This document shows positions 53,338-61,998 of a stretch of 64,000 nucleotides of DNA, one piece after another. Made by a program: the position numbers and the translations under genes. This DNA is from Actinomycetota bacterium (GTDB lineage: Bacteria > Actinomycetota > CADDZG01 > JAHWKV01): positions 57,616 through 121,615 of the forward strand of contig JBQTHR010000055.1 in NCBI GenBank assembly GCA_052389675.1, in the 5' to 3' direction. The notes under the pieces were generated by a model. The model ran no database searches and had not been told where the DNA came from. It was given only the letters and a program-made list of their open reading frames with translations. Numbering within the stretch: the stretch's first letter is position 1; the number at the start of each line of letters is the position of its first letter.

Positions 53338-55043
53338 GCTCTGCGCTCGGCGTCGCCGAACGGGAGGCGGTAGTTGCTCCAGCCGCCAAGCGGCGCAGGC
53401 GACTCTTCGGTTCGCTTACCCCCCGCCGGACCTGGGGCTTGCTGGCGCCGGCGGCCGTGGCGGCATCGGCGCTCAGTTTGGTGATCGGCCGTCCGGAGCT
53501 ATTCAATCCGGCCGGCTGGCCGATGGTGCGAGAGTTCCTCGCTGCAGCCTTCTCGCCTGAGCTCAGCTCCCAATTCCTGCGGATCACCTGGGATTCCGCG
53601 CTCACCACCGTGGCCTACGCCGCCCTGGGCACCGCTGTTAGCGTCGTCATCGGGCTGATTGTCGGTGTGGTGGTTTCCCAGACCTGGTGGGGGATCGATT
53701 CCGGGGGGTCAAGGAGCCGGGGCAGGAAGTGGCGGCGAAGCGGGTGGCTGGCCAGCAGGGGAGCGCTCGGCTTGCCGCGAGGGGTCCACGAGGTGGTCTG
53801 GGGACTGTTCTTGGTCAACATTTTGGGCCTGGACCCGCTGGTGGGTGTGCTGGCCATCGGCATCCCCTTCGGCGTGGTCACCGCCAAGGTCTTCTCCGAA
53901 CTGCTCGATGAAGCGCCCAAGCAGGCCTACCGGGCGCTGCGCTCCAGTGGAGTTCGGCGCCTCCAGGCCTTCGCCTACGCGCTGGCCCCTCCGGCATTCC
54001 CGGATCTCCTCTCCTATTCGTTCTACCGCTTTGAGTGCGCCATCCGAGCTGCGGCGATCCTGGGGATAATCGGAGCTGGGGGCCTCGGTTACCAGCTTTC
54101 GCTCAGCTTCTCGTCGTTGCGCTACGCCGAGATGTGGACGCTGATCTACGCGCTAATCATCGTCTGCGGACTGGCCGATCTGTGGAGTACGACGCTGCGA
54201 AGGCCGGACCGCCGCCGGTTCTTGGTGACCGGTGGCCCGACTCTTAGGATGCGCAGGGACCGGCTCCTGAACCTGTCCCTAGCATCTTTCGTAGCGCTGG
54301 CTCTGATTTCCTGGCTTCATCTTGAACTGGACCCGGCCACGCTTTGGTCGAGCCGCGCGCAGGAACTGTTTGGGTCGATCGCTGCTGCCTCTTTTCCCTT
54401 GAACCTTACCGGCGAACAGGTTGCCAGGTTGGGCGCTCTGGCGCTGCAGACTGTCGCGATGTCGGTAGTGGCCATCGCGGTTGCTTCGGTGCTAGGAGTC
54501 CTCACTGCGTTCGTCGCTGCCCGGTCGCAGGGGGAATTGGCCCCTAGACGCCAGCCTGCCCGCCGGCTGGCCGGACTGGGAACTCGGGGCATGCTGCTTT
54601 TTTGTAGAGCGGTGCCCCCGCCGGTGTGGGCACTGCTTTTGCTGTTCTTTATGCTCGCCGGCCCGCTCCCGGGTGCTCTGGCGCTGGGCTTGTACAACTT
54701 CGGCATTCTCGGCCGGCTAATGGCGGAGGTGGTGGAGAACCTGGATCCGCAACCGGTGCGGGCGCTGCGGGCGCAGGGGGTTTGGGGAGTAAAGGCGTTC
54801 GCTTACGGAGTGCTGCCGCTGACGCTTCCCCGCTTCGCTGGCTTCTCTGTTTATCGTTGGGAAGTGACCATGCGTGAGGTGGTAGTGGTCGGCCTGGTGG
54901 CGGCGGGGGGCCTGGGGAGATTGCTCCAGGAACAGCTGAGCGCCTTTAACTATCCCGGTCTTCTGGCCACCCTGCTCACCTTGGTCGGCCTGACGATCTT
55001 CGCCGATCTGGTGGGATCGTCGATCCGAAGGGCGCTGGGCTGA
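53334..55043 (+). CDS. Fused double PhnE-like ABC permease
   Basis: Two permease repeats (YRFECAIRAAAILGIIGAGGLG and YRWEVTMREVVVVGLVAAGGLG). Confidence 0.9.
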   Translation: MSSALGVAEREAVVAPAAKRRRRLFGSLTPRRTWGLLAPAAVAASALSLVIGRPELFNPAGWPMVREFLAAAFSPELSSQFLRITWDSALTTVAYAALGTAVSVVIGLIVGVVVSQTWWGIDSGGSRSRGRKWRRSGWLASRGALGLPRGVHEVVWGLFLVNILGLDPLVGVLAIGIPFGVVTAKVFSELLDEAPKQAYRALRSSGVRRLQAFAYALAPPAFPDLLSYSFYRFECAIRAAAILGIIGAGGLGYQLSLSFSSLRYAEMWTLIYALIIVCGLADLWSTTLRRPDRRRFLVTGGPTLRMRRDRLLNLSLASFVALALISWLHLELDPATLWSSRAQELFGSIAAASFPLNLTGEQVARLGALALQTVAMSVVAIAVASVLGVLTAFVAARSQGELAPRRQPARRLAGLGTRGMLLFCRAVPPPVWALLLLFFMLAGPLPGALALGLYNFGILGRLMAEVVENLDPQPVRALRAQGVWGVKAFAYGVLPLTLPRFAGFSVYRWEVTMREVVVVGLVAAGGLGRLLQEQLSAFNYPGLLATLLTLVGLTIFADLVGSSIRRALG

Positions 55044-55172
55044 CGTCGAGCAGCCCGAGGGCAACGATTTTTGCTGGCGCAAACTTCAACCCCCAAGTTT
55101 TGCTAGCCTCCGGATTCCCCGGATAAGGATGAGTCTCGGGTGTGTCTTTGTTCAACAGCAGCTTTCAGTGAC

Positions 55173-56000
55173 TCAGTGTGCGGACTTGGCCAGGACTCGT
55201 TCTCGTGCTTGCGCCAATCCCCGCACCAGCGCGCCCAGGCGAGCCGGCTGAGCGATCAGATCCGCTCGGAGGCCTTGTTCCTCCAGCGCACCGGCGGCCA
55301 CCGTGCCCACTGCCGCCAGGAATACCCGCGTCCCCAGTGCCTCGTGAAGCGCCTCCCGGGCGTCGCCCGCCACCAGGAACAGGTTGCGAACTTGGGGGGC
55401 GCTCGTGATTGCCAGGGCGGAACAGGTTCCGTCGATAAGACCCCGTACCAATGTCTCGGCCGGCCCCCTTTCCTGGGGAATGGACCAGTAGTAGCTGGCG
55501 ATCTCCACCACTTCCGCCCCCGCCTCCCGCAGCGGCGCGGACAGTCCGGGCACCGGCTCCCCGTGGCGCTGAAGCCCCACCATCTGACCGGGCGACAGCC
55601 TGGGGGAGAGCCACTCGGCGATCTCGGCGGAGGTCTCGCTCATGGGAATCCATTCGGGTGCCAAACCGTTGGCCTTGAGGACCGCGTTGGCTTTGGCCCC
55701 TCGGGGGATCAGCCGGGCTGCGGCCAGGGTCCGGAGCAATTCAGTGAGGAGCGCGGCACGCTCGGCGACCTCTAACCACCTTTTGGTGCCCACTCCGGTG
55801 AGGTGAACCGCCCAGGCGGGTTCCCCGTCGATCAGGCGGCGGGTTTGCTCCACTACCGGCCGCTCGTCGCTCACCGGAATTTCCTCCACCGTGGGCCCGA
55901 CCAGCGCCCGGCCTCCCCAGCGCTCGATCAGTTTGGCGGTCTCCGCGGCCCGCCGGGCCGCCGGCACGCCGACGACGATTCCCTCCAATGCGGACTCCAT
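55173..56000 (-). CDS. Uroporphyrinogen-III synthase (HemD)-like protein
   Basis: VGVPAARRA, LTGVG, RGAK, TSAPQVRNL, AAVGTV. ATG overlaps the upstream stop (TGATG). Confidence 0.82.
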   Translation of the reverse strand: MESALEGIVVGVPAARRAAETAKLIERWGGRALVGPTVEEIPVSDERPVVEQTRRLIDGEPAWAVHLTGVGTKRWLEVAERAALLTELLRTLAAARLIPRGAKANAVLKANGLAPEWIPMSETSAEIAEWLSPRLSPGQMVGLQRHGEPVPGLSAPLREAGAEVVEIASYYWSIPQERGPAETLVRGLIDGTCSALAITSAPQVRNLFLVAGDAREALHEALGTRVFLAAVGTVAAGALEEQGLRADLIAQPARLGALVRGLAQARERVLAKSAH

Positions 56001-57217
56001 CAGCCGGCCGGGGTGCGCAAGTCGAACCCTGGATCGGCGAGCAACTCCGGATCTACCGCCACCGAAGCGCGCACCAGTTCCTTGGCCCGGCGCAGATCTC
56101 GCCCGTTGTTCATTGCCACCGCGCCGGTCACCTTCCCAGACTCCAGGTAGAAGCCGGTGAACTTGCGTTCCTCTATGCTGCCGCGCACAACCAAGTGGTC
56201 CCACGGCCCGTGGAAGCCCGTGTACTGGATATTGCAGTCGTACTGGTCGGACCAGAACCAATGCACCTCGGTGTACTCGCCGGGCATGCCGATCATGTTG
56301 CGCGCTGCCGCCTCGCCCTGCTTCAGCGCGTTTTGCCAGTGCTCCACCCGCAGGTGCCGCCCGGCGATCGGGTGGAAATGGCGGGCCACGTCGCCGGCTG
56401 CAAAGACATCCGGGGCGCTCGTGCGGCAGCAGGCATCTACGACGATGCCGTTGTTCACCTCGATCCCGGCTGCTTCGGCTAACTCGGTCCGGGGAACCAC
56501 GCCAATCCCCACCAGAGCAAAGTCGCAGTCGATGGTCGCGCCGCCCGCCAGCCTCACCGCCTCCACTCGGTGGCTACCCTCGAATCCTTCTACGGCCTCG
56601 CCGGTCCGTACCTCCACGCCGTGGTCCCGGTGAAGCTGCTCGATCGCCCGGCCCACCTGTTCCCCCAGAACCGGCCCGAAGGGCACGGGCAGGGTCTCCA
56701 ACACGCTCACCCCTACTCCAAGGCCTATCAGGCTGGCGGCTACTTCCGATCCGATGAATCCCATGCCCACCAGGACCGCCCGCTTCCCGGCGCCGATCTC
56801 AGTGCGGATCCGGCTCGCGTCGGCAACGGTGCGCAGGTCCAGGACCCCCTCCAGGCCTGCCCCCGGAACGTTTAGGACCCGGTTACGGCTCCCTGTGGCG
56901 ATGAGCAGCCGATCGTAGGGGACCTCCTCTTGCCCCTGGAGATCGACCACTTTGTTGTCGACGTCGATCCGGGTGACCCTCAGGCCGGGCAGCAACTCGA
57001 TGTCATTGGCCGCGTAGAAATCGTCCGGCCGTAACAGGATCTTGTCGAAGCTCTTCTCGCCCCGAAGGTACTGTTTGGAGAGCGGCGGCCGGTCATAGGG
57101 TGGTTCTGGTTCGGCGCCCACGATAGTGATCGCTCCGTCGAATCCCTCTTTGCGCAATGCGGCTGCCGCGGACACCCCAGCCAGGCCGGCTCCGGCGATC
57201 ACGATCCTTTGTGCCAT
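56000..57217 (-). CDS. FAD/NAD(P)H ferredoxin reductase
   Basis: GAGLAG, YDRPPLSK, GMGFIGSE, AAGDVA, RVEHW, FWSDQY. Confidence 0.93.
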   Translation of the reverse strand: MAQRIVIAGAGLAGVSAAAALRKEGFDGAITIVGAEPEPPYDRPPLSKQYLRGEKSFDKILLRPDDFYAANDIELLPGLRVTRIDVDNKVVDLQGQEEVPYDRLLIATGSRNRVLNVPGAGLEGVLDLRTVADASRIRTEIGAGKRAVLVGMGFIGSEVAASLIGLGVGVSVLETLPVPFGPVLGEQVGRAIEQLHRDHGVEVRTGEAVEGFEGSHRVEAVRLAGGATIDCDFALVGIGVVPRTELAEAAGIEVNNGIVVDACCRTSAPDVFAAGDVARHFHPIAGRHLRVEHWQNALKQGEAAARNMIGMPGEYTEVHWFWSDQYDCNIQYTGFHGPWDHLVVRGSIEERKFTGFYLESGKVTGAVAMNNGRDLRRAKELVRASVAVDPELLADPGFDLRTPAG

Positions 57218-57244
57218 TGCGCTCTCCCCTAAATGCCCTGTCGG

Positions 57245-57553
57245 CTATACCTCGATCTGTAATTCGTCTCCTTCGAGCCGGGCGGGGTAGACAGTGATCG
57301 GTTCGTCGGGCGGCCCTTCCAGCACCTCGCCCGTGGTGATGTCGAACTCCCCGTCATGGCAGGGGCAGATGACGGTGGTTCCGTCGATATCGCCCTCGGC
57401 CAGCGAGCAAGACTCGTGCGTGCAGGTATCGTCGAAGGCGTAGGGGGATCCGTCGACCATCGCCACTGCGATCTTTTGCCCGTCCACGTCGAAAACCCTG
57501 ACCTCGCCGTCCTCCAGGTCGGCCCCTTTGCCCACTGCAACGAATTCCGGCAT
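57245..57553 (-). CDS. Rieske [2Fe-2S] ferredoxin
   Basis: CTH..CPCH; 102 aa, acidic; SD GGGAGG before ATG 57553. Confidence 0.93.
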   Translation of the reverse strand: MPEFVAVGKGADLEDGEVRVFDVDGQKIAVAMVDGSPYAFDDTCTHESCSLAEGDIDGTTVICPCHDGEFDITTGEVLEGPPDEPITVYPARLEGDELQIEV

Positions 57554-57709
57554 GTGTACGTCCTCCCTTTTCCAGTTCTCCAAGCCCTGCTGAAAACCAA
57601 GAACTCCTATCGGAATCCCCGCCGGGTGAACTGCGTCCAGCTTCCTCCGGCTTCTGACGCCTGACAATATCCTAGCAACCCCGTACTTATTGTGGTGTAT
57701 ACTCCTACT

Positions 57710-57922
57710 ATGCGCCGTATACAGCTTTATCTCGAGAGTGAGATGGATGATGAACTGGCCGCCGAAGCTGCCAGACAGAACATCTCCAAGGCCGCCTTGA
57801 TTCGGAATTTGGTTCGAAGCGGATTTCAACGCTCCGGTCAGGACCCGGTAGACAGTGTTATCGGGACCGGCGATGGACGCGCCGTTGAGGACATAGACTC
57901 TGCGCTTTATGGGGCCGGGTGA
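57710..57922 (+). CDS. Ribbon-helix-helix (CopG-like) antitoxin, VapB type
   Basis: MRRIQLYL..ISKAALIR, acidic tail, overlaps the PIN gene; TATACT 6 nt before ATG. Confidence 0.85.
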   Translation: MRRIQLYLESEMDDELAAEAARQNISKAALIRNLVRSGFQRSGQDPVDSVIGTGDGRAVEDIDSALYGAG

Positions 57923-58317
57923 AATTTGCCGATACCGGCTTCTGGTTCGGACTTCATGTCTCAACGGACCGTCGCCACAAGCCTGCTGCGGCCCTTTGGA
58001 GGGCGGATTCCGCGAGGATCGTCACCTCCAATCTGATCCTGGGAGAAACTTGGACGCTCGCGCGGGTGAGGGGGGTGGGACATCGTCAGGCGTTAGAACT
58101 GATTGATGCAATTCAGGCTTCTTCAAGAGTGGAGGTCGTGCGGGTTGACGCTCCTATTGAACGGCAGGCATGGGACTGGCTTCGGTTGCATGACGAAAGG
58201 AGGTATTCCTTCGTCGACGCAACCAGTTTCACGGTGATGCTGAGACGCCGGATCCATGAGGCACTCACGTTCGACGGAGACTTTGCATCAGCCGGATTTG
58301 TTGAGTTGAGAGCGTAG
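57919..58317 (+). CDS. PIN-domain toxin, VapC type
   Basis: FADTG, LGET, YSFVDATSF, LTFDGDF. Confidence 0.92.
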   Translation: MKFADTGFWFGLHVSTDRRHKPAAALWRADSARIVTSNLILGETWTLARVRGVGHRQALELIDAIQASSRVEVVRVDAPIERQAWDWLRLHDERRYSFVDATSFTVMLRRRIHEALTFDGDFASAGFVELRA

Positions 58318-58380
58318 GGTTCGCTCCGCTCAACCGCGTTTGGACGCTCTCGGTCACGCACCTAATTGCCCCCAAGACCC

Positions 58381-58662
58381 CTAAGGGAGAGCGCCGGGGA
58401 ATCCCAGTTCTTGCTCAGCAACCATCCGAGCCACTTCCCGGGGAGTCACATTTAGCTCCCTCAGCAGTCGCGGCGTTGCTCCGGCCTCAGCATTTACAAT
58501 GCCCAGCAGCATGCGCAGCAGCGCATCGCCAGATTCGTAACCGCAACTGCGCTCGGCGGCCAGCACGGCTGAGCGTGACCACCTCAGCGAGCGACCTTCC
58601 AGGAATGGCGTCCGCGCCGGCATAACGGTTACGTGAACCCCGGCCACGGCCAGGGCACTCAA
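58381..58662 (-). pseudogene. Short or degenerate Clp N-terminal-repeat-like ORF
   Basis: MLLGIVNAEAGATPRLLRELNVTPREV resembles the ClpC N-domain repeat; the first half fits poorly. Confidence 0.35.
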
Positions 58663-58693
58663 CCCAAGTTGCTAGCACCGGGGGAGTTCATGA

Positions 58694-59344
58694 CTAAGGG
58701 CGATCCAGGGCAGCGGTCACCTCAGCCCACTCGTCGCCCGACAGGCCCTGGTGGACCAATTGGGCGATCAGCTCGGCCAGTTGCGGCTGGCGGTAGATGG
58801 TGCGGGCCATGACCCCGAGCGTGATCGGGTGGTCTGGGCGATGAACCACGCTCACCAGGTCTCCGGCGCCGACGTCGCCCTCCTGAAGGATGGACAGGTA
58901 GGCCCCCGCGCGGTTGGCTTCGTTGAAGCGCCGGGGGAACTTGCGCTCCTGCATCTTCGCACCAAGCTTCCAGCACGGCTGGCGAGGCTGGGTGATCTGG
59001 AACTCGGCGCTGCCGATGGTCCAGCGCTCTCCGATCAGCGCGCCCCCCAGGTCCACCCCCTCCAGGGTCAGATTCTCTCCGAACTGGCCCGGAGGCATCG
59101 GAGCGCCCAATTGCTCCTGCCACCAGTGATAATCCTCGGAAGCGTAGCAGGAGACCGCTTTTTCCCGTCCCCCGTGGACCTTAAGGTCCAGCTGCCGGTC
59201 CCCCTCAAGGCTGTTGCCGGCCGCCCGAACTCGGCCCTCAAACGGCACCTTCCAGATGCCGGTCTGATGCTTTTTCCCCCTTAGCGTCAGCTCGCGCACC
59301 TCTGCCAGGTTGACTGAGATCACCCGCCCAGGTGGAGTCTGCAT
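58694..59344 (-). CDS. MOSC domain protein (YiiM-like)
   Basis: TGIWK, HGGREKAV, GQFGENLT, QPRQPCWKL. Confidence 0.92.
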   Translation of the reverse strand: MQTPPGRVISVNLAEVRELTLRGKKHQTGIWKVPFEGRVRAAGNSLEGDRQLDLKVHGGREKAVSCYASEDYHWWQEQLGAPMPPGQFGENLTLEGVDLGGALIGERWTIGSAEFQITQPRQPCWKLGAKMQERKFPRRFNEANRAGAYLSILQEGDVGAGDLVSVVHRPDHPITLGVMARTIYRQPQLAELIAQLVHQGLSGDEWAEVTAALDRP

Positions 59345-59503
59345 TACTAAAGAGTAAGCAACCTTGACCGGCAATGTGCTTGCAGGTGGCACGTGATGCG
59401 GCCGGGCGGTGGCTGACTCGCCCGGCGAGGGGGGCGCCTGTTACTCTATGCCGGGTTCCAAAGGGGGTTTTCTCGACCGAACGGCCGGGAAATGGGAGGC
59501 ACA

Positions 59504-60439
59504 GTGCGTATTTTCCTTGGCGGATCCAAGGGGTTGGTGCTCTACGAAGACGAAGAGCTGACCCCGCTGCACTCCGAGCCTCTATTGAGCGCGATCCGGC
59601 CTTATTCGGGCAGGCTCGTTGCCGGGACTGCCGCCGGGGCGATCCTGACCTTCGACAGCAACGGCGAAGCCCGGTTCACCGCCAAGGATCTGGGCAGAGG
59701 GGTGCAGTGCTTGGCCTCGCGGGGCGGCAACCTCTATGCCGGCATAGAGCCTGCCGGGATCTGGACCAGTGCTGACCAGGGGGACACCTGGGAGGAGGTC
59801 AGCACGTTCGACGGCGTTGCCGGCAAGGACGCCTGGAGTGCTCCTTGGGGCACACCGATGGTGTCTTGCCTGGCCGCCCATCAAAAGGACCCCAACCTGC
59901 TGTTTTGCGGTGTGGAGGTGGGTGGGTTGTATCGATCAAGGGACAATGGTAAATCTTGGGCGGAACTGTATTCGCCCCATAACGACGTTCACTCGCTGGA
60001 GATCTGCCCGGCCCGTAACGAGCGGCTCTACATCACCACCGGCCTGGGAGGGTTTTGCTCCGACGACGAGGGCCACGCCTGGCGCCCGATGGGTACTGCA
60101 AACCGGAACCAGTTCGCCATGGGTCTGGCCGCCCATCCCACCGAGGCGGACCGGGTGATCATTTCTGCCTCCGCCGGCCCGCCGCCCACCTGGGGAGGCG
60201 ACGAGGGCGCCCGCTGCGACATCTATTTGTCCACGGACGCCGGCCGTCGCTTCCGGTCGGTGGTGCGAGGCATGGTCGGCGGGGTGCGTCGCAACGCTCT
60301 GGTGATCAACTCCAAGGTGCCCTCGGAGATAGTCTTCGGAACCTCCACCGGCCAGCTGCATTATTCCAACGACGGCGGCGAAAGCTTCGACGAGATGGCC
60401 GCCGGCCTCGGGGTGCTGCGCACTCTGGTCTTCGCTTAG
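59504..60439 (+). CDS. BNR/Asp-box beta-propeller protein
   Basis: Repeated SxDxGxxW/F motifs; SD GGGAGG before GTG 59504; no signal peptide. Confidence 0.85.
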   Translation: MRIFLGGSKGLVLYEDEELTPLHSEPLLSAIRPYSGRLVAGTAAGAILTFDSNGEARFTAKDLGRGVQCLASRGGNLYAGIEPAGIWTSADQGDTWEEVSTFDGVAGKDAWSAPWGTPMVSCLAAHQKDPNLLFCGVEVGGLYRSRDNGKSWAELYSPHNDVHSLEICPARNERLYITTGLGGFCSDDEGHAWRPMGTANRNQFAMGLAAHPTEADRVIISASAGPPPTWGGDEGARCDIYLSTDAGRRFRSVVRGMVGGVRRNALVINSKVPSEIVFGTSTGQLHYSNDGGESFDEMAAGLGVLRTLVFA

Positions 60440-60474
60440 CCGGCCGGGCGGCCGGGCAGGATATTGTTGCGTCC

Positions 60475-61998
60475 ATGAAGATCCGACGCGCCCTGCTTTC
60501 GGTGAGCGACAAGACCGGCCTTGAAGAGCTTGCGCGGGGCCTGCTGGAGCAGCAGGTCACGCTGATAGCCTCCGGCGGAACCGCCCGGTCACTGGCCAAG
60601 GCTGGTATACCGACCACCTCAGTCAGCGAGGTGACCGGCTCTCCCGAGATGCTGGACGGGCGGGTGAAGACGCTACACCCGCGCATCCACGGGGCGATCC
60701 TGGCGGACCGTCGCAAGCCCCAGCACCTGGCCCAGCTCAAGGCGCAGAGCATCCAGGCCATCGATTTGGTGGTGTGCAACCTGTACCCGTTCTCCAAGAC
60801 TGTCGAGAGCCGGCTGAGCGGTCAGGCCACAGACGACGATGTGGTGGAGCAGATCGACATCGGTGGCCCGGCAATGGTGCGGGCGGCGGCGAAGAACTTC
60901 CGGTCCGTGGCGGTGGTGGTCAACCCACAGCGCTACACCGAGATCCTGGAGGAGATGAAGTCCCGGAGCGGAGCGCTTTCCGACGATACCCGGGCCGGCC
61001 TGTCCGCCGAGGCATTCGCCCACACCGCCGCCTACGACATCGCGGTCAGCCAGTGGATGCTGCGGGCAGGGGAGTTTCCGGAGAAGACTTTCCTGCGGCT
61101 CGATCGCAAGCTGGAGCTGCGCTACGGGGAGAATCCGCACCAGCGGGGCAGCTTCTATGCGGGGGCCGAGCCCTCCTGGCGCCAGCTCTGGGGCAAACAG
61201 ATGTCTTATACCAACCTTTTGGACTTCGACGCCGCCTGGCGTCTGGTGTGCGAATTCGAGAAGCCAGCTGTGGCCATCATCAAGCACACCAACCCGTGCG
61301 GGGTGGCCACCGGAACCAGCGTGGAGGAGGCCTACTCCCGGGCGCTGGAGGCGGACGAACGCTCGGCGTTCGGGGGAATAGTTGCCGCCAACCGTTCCAT
61401 CGACGTGTTTGCGGCGAAGCGGATCACTGAGATCTTCACCGAGATCGTGGTGGCGCCGGCGTTCACCCAGCAGGGCCTGGAGGTGCTCAAGGCAAAGAAG
61501 AACCTGCGGGTGATGCTGGCACCCAAGCCGTTCGCGGCGAACATAGAGATCAAGTCGGTGGCAGAGGGCTACCTGCTGCAGCAATCGGAGGAGTCCCGCA
61601 ATGACCGTCGGGCGGAAATGACCGTGGCCGGTAGCTACGAGCCCAGCGAGGCTGACTGGGAGGACCTGTTGTTCGGGATGGCGGTGTGCAAGCATGTGAA
61701 ATCGAACGCCGCGGTATTCGCCAGAAACGAGCAGACCGTGGGGATCGGCGCGGGGCAGATGAGCCGGGTGGATTGCGTGGACCTGGCTGCCCGCCGGGCG
61801 GGCAACCGGGCCAAGGCAAGCATCTGCGCCTCTGACGGCTTCTTCCCGATGCCCGACGGCGTGGAGGCGGCTATCGACGCTGGGGCTCGGGCAATCATCC
61901 AGCCGGGCGGCTCAATCCGGGACGCCGAGGTGATCGCCGCCGCCGATCAGCGCAAGGTGCCCATGATCTTCACCGGCAAGCGCCACTTCAGGCACTGA
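60475..61998 (+). CDS. purH: AICAR transformylase / IMP cyclohydrolase
   Basis: ALLSVSDK, GRVKTLHP, IDIGGP, RYGENPHQ, QPGGSIRD, RHFRH. Confidence 0.99.
   Translation: MKIRRALLSVSDKTGLEELARGLLEQQVTLIASGGTARSLAKAGIPTTSVSEVTGSPEMLDGRVKTLHPRIHGAILADRRKPQHLAQLKAQSIQAIDLVVCNLYPFSKTVESRLSGQATDDDVVEQIDIGGPAMVRAAAKNFRSVAVVVNPQRYTEILEEMKSRSGALSDDTRAGLSAEAFAHTAAYDIAVSQWMLRAGEFPEKTFLRLDRKLELRYGENPHQRGSFYAGAEPSWRQLWGKQMSYTNLLDFDAAWRLVCEFEKPAVAIIKHTNPCGVATGTSVEEAYSRALEADERSAFGGIVAANRSIDVFAAKRITEIFTEIVVAPAFTQQGLEVLKAKKNLRVMLAPKPFAANIEIKSVAEGYLLQQSEESRNDRRAEMTVAGSYEPSEADWEDLLFGMAVCKHVKSNAAVFARNEQTVGIGAGQMSRVDCVDLAARRAGNRAKASICASDGFFPMPDGVEAAIDAGARAIIQPGGSIRDAEVIAAADQRKVPMIFTGKRHFRH

Noticed and set aside
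58652-58676. CIRCE-like half sites upstream of the Clp-N-like ORF
   Set aside because: Wrong spacing and several mismatches.
55084-58680. Similar strings TCAACCCCCAAGTTTTGCTAGC (about 55086) and TCAACCCAAGTTGCTAGC (about 58659) as flanking direct repeats
   Set aside because: The match is short, needs two gaps, and there is no recombinase. It cannot be distinguished from chance.
60440-60474. ZMP/ZTP riboswitch before purH
   Set aside because: The spacer is only 35 nt with no motif. The longer 647-aa ORF call is spurious upstream extension.
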